From: a virus
Lineage: Duplodnaviria; Caudoviricetes
Strand: one strand, 5' to 3'
DNA length: 64,000 bases
IMG/VR virus record: IMGVR_UViG_3300044730_002040
Coordinates: 11,795 to 75,794 of that record
Position numbers and translations under genes: made by a program
Shown: one piece after another, positions 30,787 through 40,407 of the stretch
Position numbering within the stretch: position 1 is the first letter of the stretch
Layout: each line of letters begins with the position of its first letter
Notes under the pieces: model-generated
The model's input: the letters and a program-made list of their open reading frames with translations, nothing else
What the model was told of the DNA's origin: nothing
The model's database searches: none

Positions 30787-31569
30787 ATGGAAATAGTATC
30801 GACAAAATTGATGGGAGGACTTGGGAATGTGTTATTCCAAATCGCCACTGCCTACGCAGTTTCACTCAGAGATAGTAAAAAATTTGTTTGTGACACAAGA
30901 GAAATGGTAATTCCACACAAACCATTTTCCGCCTATGTAAACAACATTTTGAGAAAAATTGAATTCTCAGACAAACTTCCTCAAATGCAACATCACGGTG
31001 AGAGAGGATTTGAATTTTATCCAATCCCAAAAGTAGAGGGTAATGTAAAATTGATTGGACACTTTCAAAGTGAAAAATATTTCTCTGATTTTAGAAAGGA
31101 AATCTTAGAACTTTTTGAAATAGATGAACATACATCAAATAGATTGTTGAAAAAATACGGTGAAATTCTTAATCAAGACACTTGCTCAATTCACGTAAGA
31201 CGTGGTGATTATGTAGGATTACCAAATCACCATCCAACACAACCAATTGAATATTATATTGAATCCGTAGAAAAAATCGGAAAAGAAAAACATTTTCTAA
31301 TTTTTTCAGATGATTTAAATTGGTGTAAACAAAACTTTGATTTTATAGAAAATAAAACTTTGGTTTCAAACAACTCAGACTACGAAGATTTATATCTTAT
31401 GTCTATGTGTAAAAATAACATAATTGCAAATTCTACGTTCAGTTGGTGGGCAGCTTGGTTGAACAAAAACGAAAACCCAACAGTTATAATTCCAAAAAAA
31501 TGGTTTGGACCGGCATACGCTAGCTTCAGAACTGAGGATTTGTATTGTAAAAATTGGATTAAATTATGA
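30787..31569 (+). CDS. GT11 alpha-1,2-fucosyl/colitosyltransferase
   Basis: GGLGN, GHFQSEKYF, HVRRGDY, FSDD, NSTFSWW. Confidence 0.92.
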   Translation: MEIVSTKLMGGLGNVLFQIATAYAVSLRDSKKFVCDTREMVIPHKPFSAYVNNILRKIEFSDKLPQMQHHGERGFEFYPIPKVEGNVKLIGHFQSEKYFSDFRKEILELFEIDEHTSNRLLKKYGEILNQDTCSIHVRRGDYVGLPNHHPTQPIEYYIESVEKIGKEKHFLIFSDDLNWCKQNFDFIENKTLVSNNSDYEDLYLMSMCKNNIIANSTFSWWAAWLNKNENPTVIIPKKWFGPAYASFRTEDLYCKNWIKL

Positions 31570-32489
31570 AAGTTTTAGTAACAGGCTCAAATGGATTAGT
31601 GGGAAATGCCCTTAAAGAAATCTTAGGTGAGGGACACGTTTACCACACAAGAAAAGACGTAGACCTCAAACATGAAGAGAACACTCTTAATTACATAACC
31701 CACAATGTAAAGAATAATGGAGTTGACACCATTATACACTGTGCAGCTAAAGTCGGAGGTGTTCAAGCTAATTCAACAAACAACGAGTTGTTTTTTGAAG
31801 AAAATTATAAAATCAATCACAATGTTATTACTGCGGCTTTTGTCTCAGGTGTAGAAAACTTTGTGAACTTATCATCTACTTGTATATTTCCAGACTCAAA
31901 TATCACTTACCCACTCACCGCAGACCAAATCGACATTGCACCACCACACCCATCAAATCACGGATATTCTTATGCAAAAAGACTTTCAGGTTATCAAACA
32001 AAAATTATAAGAAATCTAACAGGAAGAAATTGGATTAATATTGTCCCAACAAACGTATACGGTCCACATGATAACTTTCACCCTGACCACAGTCATATGA
32101 TACCTGGTATTATATACCGAGCATATCACTGCAAAGAAAAAAATGAGGACTTTGTAGTTTGGGGAGATGGAACACCATTGAGACAATTTATTCATTCGAG
32201 AGACCTTGCGAGAATTATTCTTTGGGCTATCGAAAATTGGAAATCAGAGGTTCCATTTATGGCAGTAAATGCTCAAGAACATTCTGTGATGGACATTGTA
32301 AAGATGGTCGTGAAAAAATTCGAAATCAGCGAAGATAAATTGTTTTTCGATGCATCCAAACCAAGAGGTCAGTTTAGAAAACCTGCTATTTCTGACATAC
32401 CGATGGACTTTTCACTCACAGATATTAATGTTGGTATTAATGAAACTATTGATTGGTTTATAAAAAATTATAATACATTAAGAAAATGA
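31566..32489 (+). CDS. GDP-L-fucose synthase / ColC-type epimerase-reductase
   Basis: TGSNGLVG, AAKVGG, SSTCIFP, YSYAK, NVYGPHDNF, WGDGTPLRQF. Confidence 0.9.
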   Translation: MKVLVTGSNGLVGNALKEILGEGHVYHTRKDVDLKHEENTLNYITHNVKNNGVDTIIHCAAKVGGVQANSTNNELFFEENYKINHNVITAAFVSGVENFVNLSSTCIFPDSNITYPLTADQIDIAPPHPSNHGYSYAKRLSGYQTKIIRNLTGRNWINIVPTNVYGPHDNFHPDHSHMIPGIIYRAYHCKEKNEDFVVWGDGTPLRQFIHSRDLARIILWAIENWKSEVPFMAVNAQEHSVMDIVKMVVKKFEISEDKLFFDASKPRGQFRKPAISDIPMDFSLTDINVGINETIDWFIKNYNTLRK

Positions 32490-33649
32490 AACGTATTGAT
32501 TTAATTCAAGATACTATTGATAACAAAGACATTGATTCTCTAATAGAATGGTTAAAAACTTATCCAAGATTAACAAAAGGCTCAAAGACCTTAGAGTTTG
32601 AATCCAAATGGTCAAATTGGTTAGGAACCAAATATTCTGTTTTTGTAAACTCTGGTTCCTCTGCAAATCTTTTGATGTTGTACGCATTGAAAGTTTTGAA
32701 TAAAATGAAAAATAACAAAGTTTGTGTTCCCTCATTATGTTGGGCAACTGACTTAGCACCTGTGTTACAATTCGATATGGAACCTTTATTAGTGGATTGT
32801 AATTTGGATAATCTCTCAGTTGATTTGGAACACTTAGAAGAAATTTTTATTAAGGAAAGTCCTTCTGTTCTTATTTTAGTTTCCGTTCTTGGTCTATCCC
32901 CAAACATCAAAAAAATCACTGAACTTTGTGAAAAATATGATGTCATTTTATTGGAGGACAATTGTGAGTCACAAGGCACAAAATTCGAAAATGTAAAACT
33001 TGGAAACTTTGGTCTTATGACTTCATTCTCAACTTACTTTGGACACACCATGTCGACCATAGAAGGGGGAATGATTTCAACAAATAATAAAGAGGTATAT
33101 GAAACATTACTTCAATTAAGAAGTCATGGTTGGGACAGAGATTTAACCGAAGATAAACAAAAGGAACTACGTTCAGCTTGGGATGTAACAGATTTTTCAG
33201 CTCTTTATACTTTTTATATTCCCGGTTTTAATCTTCGTAGTACGGATTTACAAGCCCAAATAGGACTTCAACAACTTGACAAAGTTGATGGGATGATACA
33301 AAACAGATATAATAATTTTCTTTATTATAAATCAAAATTGGACGGTAAAATTTGGTTTCCAAAATCATTCGAAAACGAATTCACATCCAACTTCGCAATT
33401 CCTGTGATTACAAAATCTAGCGAAGACAAAGAAAATTTAGTTAAAGATTTACAGGACAACAACATTGCTTGTAGACCATTAATATCTGGTTCCATGGGAA
33501 CACAACCGTTTTACAAAAAACTTTATGGTGAGAAAAAACTTCCTAATTGTTCAATTATAGATGAGAGAGGAATTTATGTTCCGAACCACGACAAAATGAC
33601 CAATGAAGATATCGATAGAGTTTGTGAGATATTATTAAAATACCAATAA
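32486..33649 (+). CDS. colD: ColD-like GDP-4-keto-6-deoxymannose 3-dehydratase (DegT family)
   Basis: NSGSSAN, EDNCES, SFSTYFGHTMSTIEGG (His at the Schiff-base Lys position), RSHGW. Confidence 0.75.
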   Translation: MKRIDLIQDTIDNKDIDSLIEWLKTYPRLTKGSKTLEFESKWSNWLGTKYSVFVNSGSSANLLMLYALKVLNKMKNNKVCVPSLCWATDLAPVLQFDMEPLLVDCNLDNLSVDLEHLEEIFIKESPSVLILVSVLGLSPNIKKITELCEKYDVILLEDNCESQGTKFENVKLGNFGLMTSFSTYFGHTMSTIEGGMISTNNKEVYETLLQLRSHGWDRDLTEDKQKELRSAWDVTDFSALYTFYIPGFNLRSTDLQAQIGLQQLDKVDGMIQNRYNNFLYYKSKLDGKIWFPKSFENEFTSNFAIPVITKSSEDKENLVKDLQDNNIACRPLISGSMGTQPFYKKLYGEKKLPNCSIIDERGIYVPNHDKMTNEDIDRVCEILLKYQ

Positions 33650-33651
33650 GG

Positions 33652-34437
33652 ATGTTAAGGTTTTTTAAACCGGCAAGAGGTAAGGACATTCATCAAAGAG
33701 GTTATTTTTCTTACATCACGGAGGCCGTTGTACATATTCAAAATTTATACCTGACGTTTCCAAATGAAACTTTCAAAATATATTATGATTTGGAAGACAT
33801 CTATGGATACGGTAAGGGAAACATCTATGATATATGTTTTCTTCAAGACAAACAAGACTGGCTTGAACACAAAAAAAGTTACGTAGATATTGAGTCACTA
33901 AGTCTAAAAACTAGTTTAGACCCTTATAACTCAAAAACATTTTCGAAAGAAAATCTAGAAATGACCGAGGAAATAATCAAAAAACATTTTTTATTTAATG
34001 AGAAAATGGAATATTTGTTTTATTCAAGGTTTCCACAAATAAATTTTGAAAATACAATTGGTTTTCACAGACGTGCCACAGACATGGAGACCGTTCATAA
34101 TTTAACAACAATTCAATTATCACAAATTTTTGATATATTAGATAAAGAAGAATTCGAAAACATATTTTTAATGTCAGACAACATTCAAGATAAAAATCAA
34201 TTTTCGGAGCGTTACGGGGAAAGGTTGATAACGTTTGATGATTTTTCTTCAAACGATGAAAAACTCCCTTTTTTCAAACAGCACAACAATGAAGATTCAA
34301 TCAAAAAACATATTCAAGAAATTGTGTTTGGTGCTGTCGGCCTCGGAAAAACAAAAAAACTTTTTTGTACAACATCAAATTTATCTACGTTTTCGATTTT
34401 TTCAAATTCAAAATTAAATTACGTTAGACTAAATTAA
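33652..34437 (+). CDS. NodZ/GT23-like fucosyltransferase-fold protein
   Basis: RGYFS, GFHRRATD, IFLMSD, SNLS motifs. Confidence 0.6.
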   Translation: MLRFFKPARGKDIHQRGYFSYITEAVVHIQNLYLTFPNETFKIYYDLEDIYGYGKGNIYDICFLQDKQDWLEHKKSYVDIESLSLKTSLDPYNSKTFSKENLEMTEEIIKKHFLFNEKMEYLFYSRFPQINFENTIGFHRRATDMETVHNLTTIQLSQIFDILDKEEFENIFLMSDNIQDKNQFSERYGERLITFDDFSSNDEKLPFFKQHNNEDSIKKHIQEIVFGAVGLGKTKKLFCTTSNLSTFSIFSNSKLNYVRLN

Positions 34438-34438
34438 A

Positions 34439-35416
34439 ATGACAAATAAAATTGCACTTATCACGGGCATTAATGGTCAAGACGGTTCATACTTGGCCGA
34501 ATTTTTATTGGAAAAAGGTTATGAAGTCCACGGAACCTTGAAAAGAAACTCTATTTCAGAAAATCAGACAGCCAGATTAGAAAAGATTTTTTCCAAAATT
34601 AAACTTCATTATGCCGACCTTACAGATTTATCTTCTCTCATAACAGTTATACAAAAATGTAAACCATCCGAAATTTATAATTTAGCAGCACAATCACATG
34701 TTAGAATTTCTTTCGACCAACCTATCTACACCGCAAATGTTACTGGACTTGGTACACTCAATATTTTAGAAGCAGTTAAACTTGTTGATAAGAATATAAA
34801 AATATATCAAGCATCATCATCAGAGATGTTTGGTAATTGTATTGACCATGATGGATTTCAGAGGGAAACAACCCCAATGAATCCAGTTTCCCCTTACGGA
34901 TGTGCTAAAGTATTCTCTTATAACATTTGTAGGAACTATAGAAACTCATATGGAATGTTCATTTCAAATGGTATTCTTTTTAATCATGAATCACCAAGAA
35001 GAGGTACCAATTTTGTAACAAACAAAGTTTGTAAAGAAGCTGTCAAAATAAAACTTGGATTATCTAATGAGTTAAAATTAGGTAATTTGGATGCCACGAG
35101 AGATTGGGGACACGCTAAAGACTTTGTTAAAGCCATGTGGTTAATTTTACAACAAGAACAATCAGATGATTTTGTTTGCTCTACAGGAATTTCTCACTCG
35201 GTAAAAGAACTCTGTGAATATGTTTTTGGTAAACTTGATTTGAACTATGAAATGTATGTAAAAATGGATGAAAAATTTCTAAGACCAGAAGAACTAAATA
35301 ACCTGAAAGGAGATTGTTCAAAATTAAAAAGGGTCACAGGGTGGACACCTGAATATAATTTCGAAACTATGTTAGACGAAATGATTGAACATTGGATAAA
35401 CTATTATAAAAATTAA
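34439..35416 (+). CDS. gmd: GDP-mannose 4,6-dehydratase
   Basis: GINGQDGSYL, AAQSHV, QASSSE, SPYGCAK, FNHESPRRG, RDWGHA. Confidence 0.96.
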   Translation: MTNKIALITGINGQDGSYLAEFLLEKGYEVHGTLKRNSISENQTARLEKIFSKIKLHYADLTDLSSLITVIQKCKPSEIYNLAAQSHVRISFDQPIYTANVTGLGTLNILEAVKLVDKNIKIYQASSSEMFGNCIDHDGFQRETTPMNPVSPYGCAKVFSYNICRNYRNSYGMFISNGILFNHESPRRGTNFVTNKVCKEAVKIKLGLSNELKLGNLDATRDWGHAKDFVKAMWLILQQEQSDDFVCSTGISHSVKELCEYVFGKLDLNYEMYVKMDEKFLRPEELNNLKGDCSKLKRVTGWTPEYNFETMLDEMIEHWINYYKN

Positions 35417-35420
35417 TATT

Positions 35421-35807
35421 ATGATTAACGTACCAGTTAGTGTCGGTGAATTGATTGATAAACTTTCAATCCTACAAGTTAAAAAGACAAAAGTTACAAA
35501 CCCTCAAAAATTAGAATACATTAAAAAGGAGTTTGAACTTTTATACAATTTGTCATCGGAGTTTTTGAACAATAACTTAATTGAAAATTTATATCACGAG
35601 TTAGTTTCAACAAACTCCAATCTTTGGGAAATCGAGGACAGACTTAGAATTTTAGAAAAGGACGGTCGCTTTGAGGGTGAATTTATTGATATGGCAAGAA
35701 AAGTTTATTTCACAAATGATAAAAGGTTTGAACTTAAAAATGAAATTAATTCATTAACTTCATCCGAGATAAGAGAGGTCAAAGAGTATGTAGATTACAA
35801 AAAATAA
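35421..35807 (+). CDS. DUF6165-like protein
   Basis: PVSVGELIDKLSIL...LWEIED...ARKVY.TND.R...K. Confidence 0.7.
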   Translation: MINVPVSVGELIDKLSILQVKKTKVTNPQKLEYIKKEFELLYNLSSEFLNNNLIENLYHELVSTNSNLWEIEDRLRILEKDGRFEGEFIDMARKVYFTNDKRFELKNEINSLTSSEIREVKEYVDYKK

Positions 35808-35823
35808 AATTAAAAATTCAAAA

Positions 35824-36555
35824 ATGGGTAAAACTAAAAGATTAATATCAACACCCTTACCAACACCAGATGAAAAACCAAAATCAAAAAAGGAAATTAT
35901 AAATCAAATAATTAAGAAAAAAACCAAAGAAAAATTTTTAAGTGAAAGTCAAAAAGAATATTACAGATTACTAAAAACAAATCAAATTACTATTTGTTCT
36001 GGTCCTGCGGGAGTAGGTAAAAGTTATATTGCAATGAAATGTGCGATTGACCTTTTAGCCGACCCTGAAAACTCATATGAAAAAATAATAATTGTTAGAC
36101 CAGCTGTTGAAGCTGAAGAAAAGTTAGGAAGTTTACCTGGTGGTGTAGAGGAAAAACTTGACCCGTACATTTTTCCGTCTTATTATCTTTTGAACAAAAT
36201 TATCGGAAAAGAAGCTCGAGAAAAACTCAAAGAGATAGAATCAATCGAAGTTTTCGCTTTGGCATATATGAGAGGAATGAATATTGATAATTCAATTTTG
36301 ATTTTCGAAGAAGCACAAAACGCAACTCCTAATCAAATGAAGTTACTCCTAACAAGAATTGGATTTAATTCTAAGTTTTTTATCTCAGGTGATTTGGACC
36401 AATTTGATAGACACAAAGATAAAACACAAACAGGTCTTTGGGATGCTCTATTAAAATTCAAGGAAATGGAAGACGTTGGAGTTTTTGAGTTCAAACCTGT
36501 TGATGTTGTAAGAAACCCATTAATAAGTAAAATTTTACAAAGATACGAAGAATGA
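35824..36555 (+). CDS. phoH: PhoH-like ATPase
   Basis: GPAGVGKS, RPAVE, AYMRG, EEAQN, LLTRIG, GDLDQ. Confidence 0.93.
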   Translation: MGKTKRLISTPLPTPDEKPKSKKEIINQIIKKKTKEKFLSESQKEYYRLLKTNQITICSGPAGVGKSYIAMKCAIDLLADPENSYEKIIIVRPAVEAEEKLGSLPGGVEEKLDPYIFPSYYLLNKIIGKEAREKLKEIESIEVFALAYMRGMNIDNSILIFEEAQNATPNQMKLLLTRIGFNSKFFISGDLDQFDRHKDKTQTGLWDALLKFKEMEDVGVFEFKPVDVVRNPLISKILQRYEE

Positions 36556-37148
36556 AAATTGGTATTGAAATAAATGGAGTTTTGAGAGATACCCTAAAAA
36601 AAATTCAAGAGGTCTATCAAAAATGGAATATAGAAAACCCTTTTCTTAGTGAAGAAAAAGAGTCTTTCGGATATGAAGTTTTATCAGATGTTACCTCATT
36701 GAATTTGATGGAGCACCTCAAATTTAAAGATGAAGATGAAGTATATAATTTTCTCTATAAAGAATACACTATGGAAATTTTCGGTCATGCTGGTTCCGTT
36801 GAGTATAACGGAATGAATGACTTGAATGAATTTTATATTGACCATAGAGATAATCATGATATTTGGATTGTTTCAGATGAAATTGGTAAATCCAAACCCG
36901 CTTCTTTATTTTTCTTATCAAAGTTTGGATGTTTAGTCGAGAACTATAAATTTTATAGTGAAACAACTATTGATTCGATGTGGTCTACTTTGGATTGTTT
37001 GGTAACAGCTAATCCTAAATTATTATTAAATGCTCCAACAGATAAAACTTTAATTAAATTCAAAACTTCTTATAATTCACATATCCATGTAACTCACGAA
37101 GTTGAAAGTATCAAGGATTTAAAACAAAAAATTTCAGAAATATGTTAA
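36552..37148 (+). CDS. HAD-fold 5'(3')-deoxyribonucleotidase-like protein with degenerate catalytic motif
   Basis: MKIGIEINGVLRD (DxD replaced by ExN); SYN near the C-terminus. Confidence 0.55.
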   Translation: MKIGIEINGVLRDTLKKIQEVYQKWNIENPFLSEEKESFGYEVLSDVTSLNLMEHLKFKDEDEVYNFLYKEYTMEIFGHAGSVEYNGMNDLNEFYIDHRDNHDIWIVSDEIGKSKPASLFFLSKFGCLVENYKFYSETTIDSMWSTLDCLVTANPKLLLNAPTDKTLIKFKTSYNSHIHVTHEVESIKDLKQKISEIC

Positions 37149-37414
37149 ATGTCTTAGGTGAAAGTTATTTTGTTGATTTAGACGAAATAGAAAATTATTT
37201 AGATATCAGAGAAATTGAGTCTGATATTACTGGTGGTACTGAAAGTAGAGTTAATATAATAAAATTCGAAATGGTGAAAATGTTAATGGAAGTTCTTCTT
37301 ACAGAAAATCCAGATATGGATGATAAACTCGGAATGAAGTCCAAAGAAGTTAGTATACCATTCAAAATTGCATTCAATACACTTTTAAATAAAAAATTGA
37401 TTAATCATTATTAA
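37142..37414 (+). CDS. hypothetical protein
   Basis: 90-aa ORF overlapping the upstream gene. Confidence 0.6.
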   Translation: MLNVLGESYFVDLDEIENYLDIREIESDITGGTESRVNIIKFEMVKMLMEVLLTENPDMDDKLGMKSKEVSIPFKIAFNTLLNKKLINHY

Positions 37415-37415
37415 T

Positions 37416-38471
37416 ATGTCAAACGTAAACAAAGAAAGAGTAGAATTGTCAATAAAAAATCTACGAGAAAAAAAGGCTAAAATTTATCTTTTTGTTCAAG
37501 ACACTAAAGGTAATGCTAGAGCTTCTGTTAGATACATTTATCAGATGGCAATGGCTTTAAAAAATGCCGAATTTAATCCAATAATCCTCCACGAAAAAAA
37601 CGACTACGCTGGAGTTTCAAATTGGTTAGGTAAAGAATACATGGAAAAATTACCTCATCAATCGATTGAAAGTCAAAATTTAGAAATTACTCCTGAGGAT
37701 TTTTTAGTGGTTCCTGAAATTTTCGGTTATGTAATGGACCAAGTAAAGAAGTTACCATGTGCAAAAATTGTTTTAGTTCAGTCATACGCATACATTACTG
37801 AAACTTTACAACCAGGACAAGGTTGGTCTCAGTTTGGTTTTTACAAATGTCTCACAACGTCAGGCAAACAGAAAGAATACATAGAAAAAGTTATGAGACA
37901 AGCAAGTTTTGACATTGTAGAACCTTACATTACAGAAAATTTCCGAAAAAGAAATTTACCTCCAATGCCGATTATTGCAGTTCATACAAAAGAACAGGAA
38001 GACGCAATAAATCTTATCAAAACTTTCTATCTCAAATTCCCACAATTTAGATGGTTTACTTTTAGAGATATGAGAGGTTTAAGTGAAAAAGATTTTGCAA
38101 ATTCACTCAAGGAGTGTTGTTTAAGTGTGTGGATTGATGATAAATCCGGTTTCGGTACATTTCCACTTGAATCTATGGCTTGTGGTGTACCTTGTTTGGG
38201 TAAAATACCTGATTTACAACCAAGTTGGATAAATGAAGACAATGGTATATGGATTACAGATGTAACCTTGATGACTGACTTCATTGCAGATTTTATTCAA
38301 AATTGGTTAGAGGATAACATCAAACCAGATTTGTATACCAATATGGAACAAACTGCAGAAAAATTTACCAATAAACAAAAATTCGAAACTGAGGTTGTTG
38401 AACTATTCAATTCATATCTTACAACCCGAGCAAACTCATTCGAAGAACAAATTTCAAAACTCAACGACTAA
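37416..38471 (+). CDS. GT-B (GT4-like) glycosyltransferase
   Basis: VVPE, SGFGTFPLESMACG motifs. Confidence 0.75.
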   Translation: MSNVNKERVELSIKNLREKKAKIYLFVQDTKGNARASVRYIYQMAMALKNAEFNPIILHEKNDYAGVSNWLGKEYMEKLPHQSIESQNLEITPEDFLVVPEIFGYVMDQVKKLPCAKIVLVQSYAYITETLQPGQGWSQFGFYKCLTTSGKQKEYIEKVMRQASFDIVEPYITENFRKRNLPPMPIIAVHTKEQEDAINLIKTFYLKFPQFRWFTFRDMRGLSEKDFANSLKECCLSVWIDDKSGFGTFPLESMACGVPCLGKIPDLQPSWINEDNGIWITDVTLMTDFIADFIQNWLEDNIKPDLYTNMEQTAEKFTNKQKFETEVVELFNSYLTTRANSFEEQISKLND

Positions 38472-38472
38472 T

Positions 38473-39276
38473 ATGAAAAAACTTTCACTATCCGTTATTC
38501 TACCTTTGAAATCTGCAGTCACAAAAGATTTCGCGGATTATTTTACTAAAGCGATAGATTCAATTAAAAATCAAAAAATCGAAATCGAAGAATTACTTAT
38601 AGTTGCAACTCAAGAGGAACAACTTACAAACTTTTTGGACACTTATGATTTTGGAACTCTCACTGTTAACAGAGTCATTTGGAATGAAACTCCAAATTTT
38701 GCATCTCAGGTTAACTTTGGTGTCAAAAGTGCTAAAGGTGAATGGGTTTCTGTTTTGGAGTTCGATGATGAATACTCAAATATTTGGTTCGAAAATGTTC
38801 AAAAGTACTCTCAAGCGTATCCTGAAGTTCAAGTGTTCTTACCGGTCGTTGTAGAAACGGACGAGAAGGGTGGATTTGCAGGTTTCACAAATGAAGCTAC
38901 GTTCGCTGCAAATTTTTCACAAGAAATGGGTATTTTAACTAACGACACGCTACAAGATTACCAAAACTTCCAAGTTTCTGGTTCTGCAATGAAGAAAACT
39001 ATATTTGAAGACTTCGGTGGTATCAAACCTAATTTCCAATTAACATTTATTTATGAATTTTTATTGAGATTAACTTACAACTCAGTACAAATCATGACCA
39101 TACCAAGACTTGGATACAAACACACAAATATGAGAGAAGGCTCCATATTTTGGAATTACAAGTTCGGTGATTCTATCCTATCAGAACCTGAAGTTAGATT
39201 TTGGATTCAAAGTGCAAAACAAGAATATTTCTTTACTGACGACAGAGTCATAAAATATGAACCATCTACAATATAA
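38473..39276 (+). CDS. GT2-like glycosyltransferase
   Basis: SVILP, NFGV, LEFDDE, EFLLR, YKH; start moved to ATG 38473. Confidence 0.75.
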   Translation: MKKLSLSVILPLKSAVTKDFADYFTKAIDSIKNQKIEIEELLIVATQEEQLTNFLDTYDFGTLTVNRVIWNETPNFASQVNFGVKSAKGEWVSVLEFDDEYSNIWFENVQKYSQAYPEVQVFLPVVVETDEKGGFAGFTNEATFAANFSQEMGILTNDTLQDYQNFQVSGSAMKKTIFEDFGGIKPNFQLTFIYEFLLRLTYNSVQIMTIPRLGYKHTNMREGSIFWNYKFGDSILSEPEVRFWIQSAKQEYFFTDDRVIKYEPSTI

Positions 39277-39278
39277 TT

Positions 39279-40025
39279 TTGGAAACTCTTTCTGCATCTA
39301 CAGAAGATGTGAAATCAAAAAAAAGAGGGAGAAAAGCTGTTAAAGAAAATTATTTCGATGTAAGAGAAGAAAACGCAGTCAAAAAATTTTTGGTTGCTGA
39401 CACGGTAGAAGAAAAAAATAAGATTTACAACGAATTTCTTAGAGCACCCTTGGACAAGATGATTTCATCTATCATCAGGAGGTATAAGCTATACCGTAAA
39501 GATATGGATTTTATAGAAATTCATACTGATACTCATTCGTTTTTGATGACCAAAGTAGATAAATTCAAACCATCAAAAAACAAAAAAGCATATTCCTACT
39601 TTGGTACAATTTGTAAAAATTACCTAATGGGTCAAATCATTAAGGACCAAAAGGAAACCAACAGAAAGGTTTCTTACGAAGATATTTCTTCAAGCTTGGA
39701 GGAAAGAGCTGATTTGATTTATAGAATTGATGATGACGTTATTGATACTAACTATGTTCTAACAAAATATTTAGAAGAACTTAAGAATTTTGTAGACTCT
39801 GAAAATTTGAATGAGAATGAAAAAAAGTTAGGAATTGCTTTAATTGACCTTTTCAATAATTACGAAACAATTTTCACTGGAGAAGAAAATAATAAGTTCA
39901 ACAAAAATATTATACTTCTTTCACTTAGAGAGATGACAAACCTAAGCACCAAAGAAATTAGAGGTTCTATAAAGAAATTTAAGAAGTTGTACACAATAAC
40001 AATGATTAAGTTCAAAAATTTATAA
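39279..40025 (+). CDS. gp55-like late-transcription sigma factor
   Basis: NYF near the N-terminus and region-2 motif KFKPSKNKKAYSYFGTICKNY; TTG start. Confidence 0.75.
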   Translation: METLSASTEDVKSKKRGRKAVKENYFDVREENAVKKFLVADTVEEKNKIYNEFLRAPLDKMISSIIRRYKLYRKDMDFIEIHTDTHSFLMTKVDKFKPSKNKKAYSYFGTICKNYLMGQIIKDQKETNRKVSYEDISSSLEERADLIYRIDDDVIDTNYVLTKYLEELKNFVDSENLNENEKKLGIALIDLFNNYETIFTGEENNKFNKNIILLSLREMTNLSTKEIRGSIKKFKKLYTITMIKFKNL

Positions 40026-40038
40026 ATAACTATTTATA
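40021..40038. promoter_or_regulatory. palindromic back-to-back late motifs TATAAATA-AC-TATTTATA
   Basis: overlaps the sigma gene stop; + copy faces 40042, - copy faces the sigma gene. Confidence 0.6.
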
Positions 40039-40041
40039 GTT

Positions 40042-40407
40042 ATGCCAAGACCACAAAAAAAAGAAATAAATTTTACTAAAGATTCAATTTTGTCTTTGAT
40101 GCAGGAGATTTACAATGAACTTGTAGAACAAAGAAATACTGCAATTAGAATTCAAAATAAAATGTTGTCAATGCTCAAGGACCCAGAAGATATGACAACT
40201 ATTGGTCCTGTCATTGAAAAACAACAAAAAATTGTAAACGACTGTGTCGAGAAAAAATTGACTTTATCAAAACTTCAATCAACCATTTGGGAGAAAACAA
40301 ACTCATCTACTGAATCATTCACTTTGTCTGATTTGGACGATGACCTACTCCAAAATTTGATTGAAAAGGATGTTTCTTCAGACGAAGAAACATACAAAAT
40401 AAAGTAA
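40042..40407 (+). CDS. hypothetical coiled-coil protein
   Basis: 121-aa ORF with late motif upstream. Confidence 0.6.
   Translation: MPRPQKKEINFTKDSILSLMQEIYNELVEQRNTAIRIQNKMLSMLKDPEDMTTIGPVIEKQQKIVNDCVEKKLTLSKLQSTIWEKTNSSTESFTLSDLDDDLLQNLIEKDVSSDEETYKIK

Noticed and set aside
22942-39276. Bacterial O-antigen or capsule locus, i.e. a host chromosome or prophage boundary
   Set aside because: No flippase, polymerase, chain-length regulator or membrane priming transferase. The genes are interleaved with phage dUTPase, PhoH and sigma genes and have the same composition.
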